Below the pieces are notes generated by a model. That model was given only the letters and a program-made list of their open reading frames with translations. It did not search any database and was not told the origin of the DNA. Of a DNA stretch of 64,000 nt, positions 44,877 to 54,246 are shown piece by piece. The first letter of the stretch is position 1, and every line of letters begins with the position of its first letter. The stretch lies in NCBI GenBank assembly GCA_965262915.1, contig OZ253564.1, forward strand, positions 2,336,001 to 2,400,000, in the 5' to 3' direction. The translations under genes and the position numbers were made by a program. This stretch comes from Candidatus Spongiisociaceae bacterium. GTDB lineage: Bacteria; Actinomycetota; Acidimicrobiia; Spongiisociales; Spongiisociaceae.

Positions 44877-45320
44877 CTAACCGGCGCCGGCCCGGTCGCT
44901 CAGGCGCACGACCCGGGGTGGTCCGGGGAACCGGACGGGGGCGCGTACCGGCTCGCCGGTTTCGTCGTCGAGTCCGTACTTGGCCACCAGGTGCAGATAG
45001 TCGCGTTGGTAGAGGATCTTGATGTTGATGTCGGGATAGAGCTCACGGAGTCGCCGGACCTTGCGGTTCTTCTTCGTGACCAGTTTTTGGTTCATCGTGG
45101 TGATCTCGACGTAGATGTCCTCTTCGGGGAGGTAGAAGTCGGGTGTGAACAGCTTGGCGGGCCGGCCTGCCTCGTCCCATTCGACCGGGAACGATCGGGG
45201 CTCGTACTCCCATCTGACCTCGTAGAAGTCCAGCAGGCGGGCGAACTGCCGCTCGCTCCGATGGGCGAAACGGATCGCTGCCGCGAGGTGAGGATCCGGG
45301 GTGCGTCTACCGTGTATCAG
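44877..45320 (-). CDS. PD-(D/E)XK nuclease-like protein; the ORF track shows only its C-terminal 72 aa
   Basis: FAHRSERQFARLLDFY..WEYEP..FTPDFYLP..YVEITTMNQKLVTKKNRK. The frame is open to a CTG at 45320 overlapping the upstream TGA; there is no ATG/GTG/TTG. Confidence 0.75.
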   Translation of the reverse strand: MIHGRRTPDPHLAAAIRFAHRSERQFARLLDFYEVRWEYEPRSFPVEWDEAGRPAKLFTPDFYLPEEDIYVEITTMNQKLVTKKNRKVRRLRELYPDINIKILYQRDYLHLVAKYGLDDETGEPVRAPVRFPGPPRVVRLSDRAGAG

Positions 45321-45862
45321 GTTGCGCCGGCTTCCCGGCCGGTTCCCGGTTGCGTGGCTTCCCGGCCGGTTCCCGGTTGAGCGGACTCTACTTCCACCGG
45401 GAACAGTTCTAGTGTCTCACCTTCGAGGTCACGTTGAACCTGTCCGACCGCGATGGCGAAGACACCTTGACCGCGCCGAAGAATGTCCATCAGGTATTGC
45501 TGTGTCTCGTCGGAGCTGTAGCTGGTCCAGATGTCTATCCCGTCGGACAGGAGCGTCGAGTCCTGGAGAGGGTGGTCGGTGTGCGTCTCGGACTGGAGCC
45601 AATCGACGGCCTTACGGATCTTGGCCAGGCCGACCCCTGTGTCGAGCAGCCGTTTGATCACCCGGAGAGCTACGAGATCGGTGAACGAGTAGAGGCGCTG
45701 GGTTCCCGAGCCTTCCGCGGCCCGCAGTGAAGGTTTGAGCAGGTCTGTTCGGGCCCAGTAGTCGAGTTGCCGGTAGGAGATCCCCGCCACCTTGCACACC
45801 TGGGGCGCCCGGTAACCGTGCGGGACGCCAACCGTGGCGCCGACATCGATCGAGCTGTCCAT
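45317..45862 (-). CDS. MerR-family regulator (Rv1830-like)
   Basis: GYRAPQVCKVAGISYRQLDYWART..GSGTQRLYSF; GQGVF; 27-bp tandem duplication at the C-terminus. Confidence 0.92.
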   Translation of the reverse strand: MDSSIDVGATVGVPHGYRAPQVCKVAGISYRQLDYWARTDLLKPSLRAAEGSGTQRLYSFTDLVALRVIKRLLDTGVGLAKIRKAVDWLQSETHTDHPLQDSTLLSDGIDIWTSYSSDETQQYLMDILRRGQGVFAIAVGQVQRDLEGETLELFPVEVESAQPGTGREATQPGTGREAGAT

Positions 45863-46159
45863 AGACCTTCCTTCCCTGGCCATCGGTTCCTCCGGCATCG
45901 CGGTGGCAACCGAACCGACCGACGCAGACCGCAGCGCGTCGCCACGGCTTACAGCTTCGTAATTACCTGCCCGTCACAGGCACGATAGACGATCGGGAGG
46001 CAGCTATCAACGGTTTCTGTGGAAAACTCTGGTCTGCGGTCGGTGGTCGGTCGCGACCGGGATCGTGACTAAGCACCGGGGGGCTTTCGGTATCGTCAAT
46101 ATGATTCGTTCGACTTGATGGCTGAGACCGAGCCTGTGCGTTTCCCAAACGGCGAACAA

Positions 46160-46300
46160 GGCGGTTGTGGTTGTCGGCTCCCCACGGATACGGGTCGCCG
46201 AAGTCGACCAGCCAGAGTTCGTCAACCGATACCATCGGCCACCGAGATCGACTCCGCCTCCTCCAAGTAGGCCAACCATGCTTCACGGTCGTTCCGAGTA
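46160..46300 (-). pseudogene. Type II TA remnant: antitoxin C-terminus plus PemK/MazF-like toxin N-terminus
   Basis: NDREAWLAYLEEAESISVADGIG* (stop 46222) overlaps ATG 46235, MVSVDELWLVDFGDPYP, then a frameshift to GEP. Confidence 0.6.
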
Positions 46301-46394
46301 CCGCTTGTTCCGCCGGCTGCCCACCGCCACCGGCGATTATCAGGTCACCGGCTCTTGATGAAGGCTTCGATCGCTTCCGGCCACCGGTTAATGC

Positions 46395-46880
46395 TTACGT
46401 CTGGAAGTCCTCGGGGGTCAGGTTTTCGAGGAACTCCCGGAAGCGTTCCACCTCGGCTTCCTGCTCCTCGTCCTTTATCTCGATCCCGGCATTGTCAAGG
46501 ACATCGGTCGTGGCGAAGAGCGGCGCGCCCGTCCGGGCCGCCAGTGCGATCGCGTCGGACGGGCGGGAACTGACGTGGAGTTCCTGGTCGTTCTGGGTGA
46601 GCACCAGGTCGGCGTAGTACACGCTGTCGCGCAGTTCCGTGACTGTGACCCGGGCCACTTGGCCTCCCAGTACCTCGGTGGTGATACGGAGCAGGTCGTG
46701 GGTGAAGGGTCGCGGGGTGGTGACGCCTTCGAGGGCGTAGGCGATGGCGGTCGCTTCCATGGCGCCGATCCAGATGGCCAGATACCGCTTACCACGCGAT
46801 TCTCGGAGCAGAACAATGGGTTGGTTGGTCGGGTACTCAATCCGTACGCCTACCAGGTCCATCGGAACCGTGTCGCTCAT
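46395..46880 (-). CDS. Bifunctional nuclease family protein (DUF151, Rv1829-like)
   Basis: PIVLLRE, IWIG..EA.AI, RPFTHDL, SRPSDAIALA. Confidence 0.93.
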   Translation of the reverse strand: MSDTVPMDLVGVRIEYPTNQPIVLLRESRGKRYLAIWIGAMEATAIAYALEGVTTPRPFTHDLLRITTEVLGGQVARVTVTELRDSVYYADLVLTQNDQELHVSSRPSDAIALAARTGAPLFATTDVLDNAGIEIKDEEQEAEVERFREFLENLTPEDFQT

Positions 46881-47470
46881 GGCTTGAGACTATCACCACG
46901 CGCCGAGTCCGCAACCTCGAACAGGACGGAGGGGTCCTCCGTGAAGCGGGCGAAGTCGAGGACGGCCCACAAGGACGGCAGGTTGCGGAACCATCCCTTC
47001 CAGTCGAGGCCGTATCCCACCAGGAACTCGTCACCGACCTCGAACCCCCGGTATCCGATCGGCACATCGACGATCCGGCGCGATGTCTTGTCCAGCAGCG
47101 CCACGGTCTCGAGGCTGGCACAGTTGCGGGCCTCCAGGGTCCGGCACAGGAGATGGTGGGTCAGGCCCGTGTCGACGACATCCTCGACCACGAGGACGTG
47201 ACGATCCTCGAGGTTGGTGGCTGTGTCCATCGCCAGCCGTACCCTTCCTCCCTGGCCGAACCGGGTCAGAGCCAGGAAGTCCGTCTCGCAGTGGATCGAG
47301 ACCTGGCGGATGAGGTCGGCGTGGAAGACGAGCGAGCCGGACAGCACGCATACGAGCACCGGCTCGAGACCCCGGTAGTCCCGGGCTATCCGTTCGCCGA
47401 GTTCCCTCACGCGAGCGGCGAGGATCTCCTGCGGCACGACCTCGGTGACGATCTCGTGGCGGACGGTCAT
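46877..47470 (-). CDS. hpt: Hypoxanthine phosphoribosyltransferase
   Basis: RVRELG..I..DY, VLVVEDVVDTGLT, LLDK, FLVGYGLD..RNLP. Confidence 0.88.
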   Translation of the reverse strand: MTVRHEIVTEVVPQEILAARVRELGERIARDYRGLEPVLVCVLSGSLVFHADLIRQVSIHCETDFLALTRFGQGGRVRLAMDTATNLEDRHVLVVEDVVDTGLTHHLLCRTLEARNCASLETVALLDKTSRRIVDVPIGYRGFEVGDEFLVGYGLDWKGWFRNLPSLWAVLDFARFTEDPSVLFEVADSARGDSLKP

Positions 47471-48615
47471 GTCTCCCCCAGGATCCAGTCCCAGTAGCGG
47501 CCGATCCATGCCAGCGCGTCTCCCATGCCGGGCAGCTCCGGTATTCGCTCGAACTCCCGCACGACCGGCGCCGTCTCCTCCTCCGGCTCGGGTTCGGGAA
47601 GTGGTTCCTCCGCCTCGGGCACGGGTTCTCCTCCCGGGTCCACCGCCACCCGGGCCTCCTCCGGTTCTTCGGCGATGAACAGTTCGAAGTCCGCCTCCGG
47701 TCCCCGGTCGAGACCGGCCACCAGCGGTCTTCTGGCGTCGGACGTGGCGGGCACCAGGGTCATGGGGCTGAACTCTTCGAATCCGTAGTCGAGCAGGGCG
47801 ATGGCGTCGCCGAAGTGGTCGGTGGAACCCAGCACGACAGCGTAGAGCCGTCTCCGGTCCCGCTCCGCGGCCGCCACGAGTGTCAGGGCGGCGCGGTCGG
47901 TGTAGCCGGTCTTGATGCCGATGGCGCCGGGATAGTTGGCCAGGAGCTCGTTGCGGTTGAGAGCAACCCGCGGTTCCGCGTCGGGAGTGGCCGGCAGGTT
48001 GGCGCTCCGGGTCTGCACGAGCCGAGCGAAGAGCGGGTTATCCATGGCGGCGACGGACAGGGTGAGCAGATCGCGTGCCGAGCTGTAGTGATCCCGGTGA
48101 TCGAGACCATGGGGATTGACGAAATTCGAGTTCACCAGACCGAGCCCGGACGCCTTGGCGTTCATCAGATCGGCGAACCTTCCGACCGATCCGGCCGCAT
48201 GTTCGGCGAGGGCCACCGCGGCATCGTTGGCGCTGTGCAGTATCAGGGCGGCCAGCAGTTCCCCGACCGTCCAGGGTGGTTCGTCGGCGACCAGGCCGAT
48301 CTCCGATTCCCCCGCGAGGGCTGCGGTGTGGGTGATCTCCACCGGCTCGTCGGTCTTCTCCTGCTCGAGGATCACCAGCGCGGTCATTATCTTGGTGGTG
48401 GAGGCCACCGAGCGGCGGACATCGGCGTCGCGTTCGGCCAGAACCTGCCCGAAGGTGTCGTCGTAGAGGATCCACGACGCCGCCGTGACCGAGGGTGGGT
48501 CCGGTGCGACCAGCCCGTCGTCCGGAGGAAGGGTGGCGTGACCGGCCGGGATAACGCCGAGGGGCATCACCAGCGTGGTCAGCACCACCAGGATGGCTGC
48601 CCCGGTACGCCTCAT
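47467..48615 (-). CDS. D-alanyl-D-alanine carboxypeptidase (peptidase S11)
   Basis: STTK (SxxK), SAN (SxN), NPHGLD, KTG; signal peptide. Confidence 0.93.
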   Translation of the reverse strand: MRRTGAAILVVLTTLVMPLGVIPAGHATLPPDDGLVAPDPPSVTAASWILYDDTFGQVLAERDADVRRSVASTTKIMTALVILEQEKTDEPVEITHTAALAGESEIGLVADEPPWTVGELLAALILHSANDAAVALAEHAAGSVGRFADLMNAKASGLGLVNSNFVNPHGLDHRDHYSSARDLLTLSVAAMDNPLFARLVQTRSANLPATPDAEPRVALNRNELLANYPGAIGIKTGYTDRAALTLVAAAERDRRRLYAVVLGSTDHFGDAIALLDYGFEEFSPMTLVPATSDARRPLVAGLDRGPEADFELFIAEEPEEARVAVDPGGEPVPEAEEPLPEPEPEEETAPVVREFERIPELPGMGDALAWIGRYWDWILGET

Positions 48616-48623
48616 CGAGAAGG

Positions 48624-49319
48624 TCAATCCTCGTCGAGGATCGCCCTCACCTCCGCCAGGAACAGCAGGTCGATCAGCCGCCTCATCGCTTCGGCTCCCG
48701 TTGTCAGGTTCTCGACGGCCTGGCGACGGGCTTCTGGGCTCCGATTGCGGCGCATGGCGAGCGTGAGTCCTTCGAGAAGCTGGACATGGCGGAGGACCGC
48801 GTTGCGGATGATCCGGAGGTGCCTGGCTTCGAGCCCCTGCTCCAGGAGGACGCCGCACAGGCGGGCGACGGCGACGTCTCGGTTGTCGAACCTGGGTACC
48901 CCGTCCCCTTCGGCAGGTGCGAAGAGCCCGTGGCTGACGAGTTGGCGGATCTCGCTCCTCGAGACACTTGCCCGGCGGGCGAACTCACCGAGATCCAGGA
49001 CCTCTACGGAGGGTTCAGGTGACGAGGAGGTGTCGCCGGCCTCCGCCCGCTCCGGGTCGGCTTCCCCACCCTGCTCCCACCGGGCGAGTTGCGACTTGAT
49101 CACCTTGAGGGGCAGGAAATGGTCGCGCTGCTGGCGAAGTATGAACCTGAGACGGCTGATGTCACCCGGGAGGAACTGGCGATAGCCGGAGGGCGACCTG
49201 GTGGGATGGATCAGGCCCCGGGTCTCCAGGAACCGCACCTTCGACATTGTCAGGCCGGGGAACTCCTCCTTGAGCAGGTCGGTGACCCTACCGATGGTAA
49301 GGGCCGAGGTGTCGCTCAT
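48624..49319 (-). CDS. MerR-family regulator (Rv1828-like)
   Basis: TIG.V..L..EFP..T.SKVRFLE..GLI.P.R.PSGYR..QRDHFLPLKVIK. Confidence 0.9.
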   Translation of the reverse strand: MSDTSALTIGRVTDLLKEEFPGLTMSKVRFLETRGLIHPTRSPSGYRQFLPGDISRLRFILRQQRDHFLPLKVIKSQLARWEQGGEADPERAEAGDTSSSPEPSVEVLDLGEFARRASVSRSEIRQLVSHGLFAPAEGDGVPRFDNRDVAVARLCGVLLEQGLEARHLRIIRNAVLRHVQLLEGLTLAMRRNRSPEARRQAVENLTTGAEAMRRLIDLLFLAEVRAILDED

Positions 49320-49753
49320 CGCCCTCGGGCCACCAGGAGATGGAAAGTCCCGATCATCAGCGTGTCGCCGGCGCGGAGCGGTGCTTCCTCGACCAGGCGG
49401 TCGTTCACGTAGCTCCCGTTGGTGGAACTGAGGTCTCTTAGGGACAGCCCGTTCGAATCGAGACGGATACGGCAGTGCCGTCTCGAGACCGTGATGTGAT
49501 CCAGAGCTATGTCGCTGTAGGGGTGCCTACCTACCCTGGTGACTCCGGGCAACAAGAGCCACGTCCTGCCCGCCTGCTGGCCCTTCCGCACCACCAGCGC
49601 GTATTCGGGCGCGTCCGATGGGGTGTGCACGCCTTCGCGGACCGGCGGGACGACTCGGGTCTCCTCGTCGGAAGGATCGAGAACCATCGTGAGGTCGGCT
49701 TCATCGTCGTGTTGGACGAAGCCTTTGTTGGATTCTCGCTCGTGATCCGCCAT
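49316..49753 (-). CDS. FHA domain protein (GarA/OdhI-like)
   Basis: GRHP.SDI.LD.ITVSRRH, DLSSTNGSYVN; synteny with MerR/BFN; TACAAT 6 nt before ATG. Confidence 0.9.
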   Translation of the reverse strand: MADHERESNKGFVQHDDEADLTMVLDPSDEETRVVPPVREGVHTPSDAPEYALVVRKGQQAGRTWLLLPGVTRVGRHPYSDIALDHITVSRRHCRIRLDSNGLSLRDLSSTNGSYVNDRLVEEAPLRAGDTLMIGTFHLLVARGR

Positions 49754-49884
49754 AGCGTGATTGTAGGTTGGGCCGACTGGTATGGGACGCCTTTTTGGGG
49801 GACGATGGTCCCGAGATCATCCGGGGAGACTGTGGGCCGAGGTTCCTACGAGGTCTCAAGATCCTCCATCGGTCGGTCGTCCGT

Positions 49885-50502
49885 TCAGGGCCGTCCGGAT
49901 CCCTCTTCGCCGACGAGGCGTATCGAGCGGCGCATGTCGCCCAGGTACTGCCAGGACACGATCAAGTAGAGCAGGAGACCTGCGCCGCCGATCAGCCCTC
50001 CCGGCCACTGCCAGAAACCCGGGGCGATCCCGGTGCCCGCCAGGTAGTAGAGGGGTACGGCCAGGAACACCAGGCCGGTAGCTACCTTGCCGAGCTGCCG
50101 GACGGGGACCCTCAGCTTGAGTTTCGATAGGAGGTAGAGGGTCATCAGGCCTATCACTGCTTCCCGGGCCAGCAGTGGCCATCCAAGCCACGGGGGGACC
50201 AGACCTGCCAGGAGGCCGCCGACCACCGAGGCGAACACCACGAGACGGTCGGCGAGCGGGTCGAGGAACTTCCCGATCTCGGAGACCTGTCCGAGTTTGC
50301 GGGCCAGGACGCCGTCGAGGTAGTCGGTCGAGGCGATCACGCCTAGGAGGACCGCGGCCACGCCTGGGTCCTCCCTGCCGAGCAGGACCCACAGGAAGAA
50401 GGGGATGGCGACGATCCGGAGAACCGAGATGAGGTTCGGGATGGTCCACGGTCCGGCGTCCGGCTCGGGTCCAGGCCGCTGGCTGGGAGTGGATACGTTC
50501 AG
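49885..50502 (-). CDS. CDP-alcohol phosphatidyltransferase (PgsA2-like)
   Basis: WTIPNLISVLR upstream of the track ORF; DYLDGVLAR..GKFLDPLADR; inferred CTG start at 50502. Confidence 0.88.
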   Translation of the reverse strand: MNVSTPSQRPGPEPDAGPWTIPNLISVLRIVAIPFFLWVLLGREDPGVAAVLLGVIASTDYLDGVLARKLGQVSEIGKFLDPLADRLVVFASVVGGLLAGLVPPWLGWPLLAREAVIGLMTLYLLSKLKLRVPVRQLGKVATGLVFLAVPLYYLAGTGIAPGFWQWPGGLIGGAGLLLYLIVSWQYLGDMRRSIRLVGEEGSGRP

Positions 50503-51506
50503 TCAGGGACTCCCTTCTCCGCCCGGTAGCACGATACCAAGTGGCCGGGTCGTACCTCCTCGAGCGGAGGGTGGCCGCTGGAGCGGCAGATGTCGGCGGC
50601 GATCGGGCAGCGTTCGATGAACCTGCAGACCGGGGGTGGGTTGATCGCCTTGGAGATCCCCCCCACGATCTCCGCCTGTGGTCGGCGGTGGGTGGGATCG
50701 GGAACCGGAACCGACGCCAGCAGCGCCTTCGTGTAAGGGTGTTGGGGGTTGCCCAGCAGTTCCTCCGTGTCGCCCACCTCCACGATCTTGCCCAGGTACA
50801 TGACCGCGATCCGGTCGCACATGTAGCGGGCCACCGCCAGATCGTGGGTTATGTACAGGTAGGAGACGTTGAACTCCTCCGCCAGGTGCAGCATGAGGTC
50901 CATGATCGAGATACGGATCGACACGTCCAGCATGGAGGTCGGTTCGTCGGCCACCACGAAGGACGGCTCGAGGACCAGAGCCCGGGCGATGGCGACACGT
51001 TGCCGCTGCCCCCCCGAGAGTTCGTGGGGAAAGCGGAACAGGAACGTCGGGGCGGGGGTCAGCCCCACGTGTTCCAGTAGCCGCGCCACCAGCTCCTCAC
51101 GGTCCTTGACGGCGCCGATCCTCTGGACTGTGAGGGGTTCCGCCACCGTGTCGTACACCGTGCGCCGGGGGTTGAGAGACTCGAAGGGGTCCTGGAAGAT
51201 CATCTGCACCCGCCGGCGGAAGTGCCGCAGGTTCTCCTTGCCGGAGATCGAGGCCACATCGACCATCTCGCCGTCCTGCTCCAGCAGGATCCTGCCCGAG
51301 GTGGCATCCAGGAGCTTCACCATCAGCTTGCCGGTCGTGCTCTTGCCGCAGCCGGACTCCCCCACGAGGCCGAGACTCTCGCCGGGGGCGATCTCGAAGC
51401 TGATCCCGTCCACCGCGTGGACGAACTCGGTGGCCTTGCGCAGGGCGCTGCGGGCGATGGGGAACCGCTTGGTCAGATCCTCTACCCTCACCAGCGGCCG
51501 CGTCAT
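50499..51506 (-). CDS. Peptide/nickel ABC ATPase (OppF/DppF-like)
   Basis: GESGCGKS, FPHELSGGQRQR, ADEPT, HPYT, C.F..RCP. Confidence 0.93.
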   Translation of the reverse strand: MTRPLVRVEDLTKRFPIARSALRKATEFVHAVDGISFEIAPGESLGLVGESGCGKSTTGKLMVKLLDATSGRILLEQDGEMVDVASISGKENLRHFRRRVQMIFQDPFESLNPRRTVYDTVAEPLTVQRIGAVKDREELVARLLEHVGLTPAPTFLFRFPHELSGGQRQRVAIARALVLEPSFVVADEPTSMLDVSIRISIMDLMLHLAEEFNVSYLYITHDLAVARYMCDRIAVMYLGKIVEVGDTEELLGNPQHPYTKALLASVPVPDPTHRRPQAEIVGGISKAINPPPVCRFIERCPIAADICRSSGHPPLEEVRPGHLVSCYRAEKGVPD

Positions 51507-52933
51507 GATCGCACGCCCTTGCTCAGCGTGACCGGAACGCTGGTCCAGTTCCAGCAGGCCACCTTGTAGCCGGTTTCCGCCTCTACGACCTCCAGAGTGG
51601 GCTCCTCCTCGCTGCACCGCGCCGTGGCGTACGGGCAGCGAGGATGGAACCGGCACCCGCCGGGCGGATCCAGGAGGTCGGGCGGTTCCCCCTCGAGAGG
51701 CGCCAAGGCGCGCCGGGGTCCGGTTATGGACGGGGTGGAGCGAAGGAGCAGATAGGTGTAGGGATGCCGCGGGTGGGCGAAGACCTTCTCTGTCGTACCG
51801 AACTCCACCAGCCGTCCGGCATACATCACCCCCATCACCTCGGTCACCTCGGCGATGACCGCGATGTCGTGGGAGATGTAGATGATGCTCATCCCCAGAG
51901 CGCTCTGGACCTTCTTCAGTTCCTTGAGGATCTGATCCTGCACGATCACGTCGAGGGCCGTGGTCGGCTCGTCGGCGATAATGATCTGAGGGTTGCACGA
52001 GAGCGCCATCGCGATGACGGCCCTCTGCCGCATCCCGCCCGAGAACTCGTGGGGGTACCGGTTCGCCATGGCCGGGCTGAGCCCGACCATCTCGAACAGC
52101 TCTCCCACCCGGGTGCGGATCTGGGCCTCGGTGAGGCTTCCCTCGAAGTGGGTGACCATCGCCTCCCGGATCTGCTCGTAGACGGAGTAGACCGGGTTCC
52201 AGGCGTTCATGGCTCCCTGGAACACCATGGCTATGTCCGACCAGCGGTGGGTCCGCATCTCGTCCTCGGTCACCCCGAGCAGGTCCAGCCCGTTGAGGCG
52301 TATCTGCCCGCCCCGGAACTCCCCGTTCTCCGCCACGAGACGCAGCAGCGACATGGCCACCGAGGTCTTGCCGCAGCCGGACTCCCCCACCAGTCCCAGC
52401 GCCTGTCCCTTGTGCAGATCGAAGCTCACGCCGTCCACTGCCGACACCCAGCCGTGGGCGGTCCTGTAGTGCATGCTGAGGTCGTCCACCTCCAGCAGGG
52501 CCGCAGCGCCGGAGCCGCCGGCGCCGGAATCCGGCGCTTTCCACCGGGAGTCCAGGCGGTACCCGATCCGGCCTGCCACGTGTCCGCCCAAGCCACCACC
52601 GAAACCGAAACCCAGAGCCCGCACGATGACCGTGCCGATGGCCAGATCGCCCGCCACCGCGCCCCAGATCACCTCCAGGGCGAACATGCCCAGGGCGGCC
52701 AGGATCCCGTGCGTCGCCCGGCGATGGCCGGCCGCCAGGCCGGAGGTCAGCGCGCCCAGGAATCCGGGCACCAGCAACGCCACGACGATGACCAGGTAGC
52801 CCGGCCGGTACTCACCCTCGGGAGGGGTTATCCAGCCTCCCAGCCACCAGTTGAGCACCGCCACGACAGCCGTGCCGAGCGCGATCTTGAGCGGGTTCAG
52901 CCGCGGCGGCTGCGGCGTCCCGGACCGGGTCAT
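51503..52933 (-). CDS. Peptide/nickel ABC ATPase (OppD/DppD-like) with an N-terminal ~4-TM domain
   Basis: GESGCGKT, YPHEFSGGMRQR, ADEPTTALD, GCRFHPRC; strong RBS before 52933. Confidence 0.9.
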   Translation of the reverse strand: MTRSGTPQPPRLNPLKIALGTAVVAVLNWWLGGWITPPEGEYRPGYLVIVVALLVPGFLGALTSGLAAGHRRATHGILAALGMFALEVIWGAVAGDLAIGTVIVRALGFGFGGGLGGHVAGRIGYRLDSRWKAPDSGAGGSGAAALLEVDDLSMHYRTAHGWVSAVDGVSFDLHKGQALGLVGESGCGKTSVAMSLLRLVAENGEFRGGQIRLNGLDLLGVTEDEMRTHRWSDIAMVFQGAMNAWNPVYSVYEQIREAMVTHFEGSLTEAQIRTRVGELFEMVGLSPAMANRYPHEFSGGMRQRAVIAMALSCNPQIIIADEPTTALDVIVQDQILKELKKVQSALGMSIIYISHDIAVIAEVTEVMGVMYAGRLVEFGTTEKVFAHPRHPYTYLLLRSTPSITGPRRALAPLEGEPPDLLDPPGGCRFHPRCPYATARCSEEEPTLEVVEAETGYKVACWNWTSVPVTLSKGVRS

Positions 52934-52967
52934 CGTCTCCTCCCTCCGGGCGCGGCCGGGCGTGCCA

Positions 52968-54227
52968 TCATCGCTTCCTCAGCCGGGGGTTGATCACCTC
53001 GTCCATCGCCCGGCCGACGAGGAAGAAGGCCGCGGCCAGGAGCGACACGCAGAGGCCGGCCGGGAAGACCAGCCACCAGAAACGCATGCCGGTGAGGAAG
53101 TATCCCTGGTTCCTGGCCAGCTCGATCATCAGTCCCCAGCTCATATCGATGTTCAGCAGACCGAGGAACGAGAGGATCGCTTCGGTCTGGATAGCCGCGG
53201 TGACGGTGAACATCATGTAGAGAAGGCTGAGCGGCATGACGTTGGGCACCACGTGGACGACGATGACCCGGATCGTGGACCCTCCCGCCACGCGGGCCGC
53301 CTCGATGAACGGTTTGACCTTCACCGCAAGAGCCTGGGACTTGAGGACGATGGCCACCCCGCCGAACCCCGACAATACGCCTATCAGAACGGCCAGGTGC
53401 CACAGCTCGAACCTGAACACCGAGCTCATCACGATGAATATGGCGAGGGCGGGGAGCATCAGGAGGAGGTCGGCCAACCTCATGAAGAACGAGTCGATCC
53501 AACCTCCGAGATAGGCGGCGACCGCACCGACCGATGTGGCGAAGAACACGGTAACCAGGGCCGCCACCATGCCGAGGAGAAACGCCCCCTGGGCCCCCTT
53601 CATCAACTGGGAGAGGATGTCCCGTCCCAGCGGGTCCGTACCGAGCAAATGCCGTCCGTACGGCGCGGTGGGTTGCTCCCGCACCTCGACCACGTCTCCG
53701 GGCAGCAGGGGTGACCCGTCCGGGTTGGAGTAGAGGATCGCCTCACGCATCGACATCTCGATGGCCGGATCGGTCACCTCGTTGACGACCGTCTTGACGT
53801 AGGTCGGTGGGTTCGCCTCGTTGCCTACCACCGGATGGTAGGTGCCGGAGTCCCATACCCCTCCGAGGCCCACCCCCACGGCCGTTACCAGTACCGCGGT
53901 CAGACCTACGGTGAGCGGGAGCGTGACCCGCCGCTCATGGCGGAGACGCCCCAGCAGCGGGAACGTCGACCAGGCCACGCCCGGCCAGCACACCAGGAAC
54001 AGGGCAGCCGCCGAGTACCAGCGGAGACCGGACATCAGTACAGGATGGATGAGTGCCAACAGTCCGAAGAACAGGATGATCAACAGCCCCACTATCCCGA
54101 TGCGGTTGGCCCTGAACAGGTTCCAGCTGTTGGTAAGGCCCGCCCAGGCCAGGCTGGTGCGGATCTTCCACCGCGAACCGGCTCGAACGAGATCCCGGGA
54201 GACGGGGGCATCGAGCAGATCGGTCAT
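52968..54227 (-). CDS. ABC permease (OppC-like)
   Basis: HLLGTDPLGRD, FIEAARVAG, H..PN, LSFLGL..SWG. Confidence 0.93.
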   Translation of the reverse strand: MTDLLDAPVSRDLVRAGSRWKIRTSLAWAGLTNSWNLFRANRIGIVGLLIILFFGLLALIHPVLMSGLRWYSAAALFLVCWPGVAWSTFPLLGRLRHERRVTLPLTVGLTAVLVTAVGVGLGGVWDSGTYHPVVGNEANPPTYVKTVVNEVTDPAIEMSMREAILYSNPDGSPLLPGDVVEVREQPTAPYGRHLLGTDPLGRDILSQLMKGAQGAFLLGMVAALVTVFFATSVGAVAAYLGGWIDSFFMRLADLLLMLPALAIFIVMSSVFRFELWHLAVLIGVLSGFGGVAIVLKSQALAVKVKPFIEAARVAGGSTIRVIVVHVVPNVMPLSLLYMMFTVTAAIQTEAILSFLGLLNIDMSWGLMIELARNQGYFLTGMRFWWLVFPAGLCVSLLAAAFFLVGRAMDEVINPRLRKR

Positions 54228-54246
54228 CGCAAGGGACTCCGCACAG

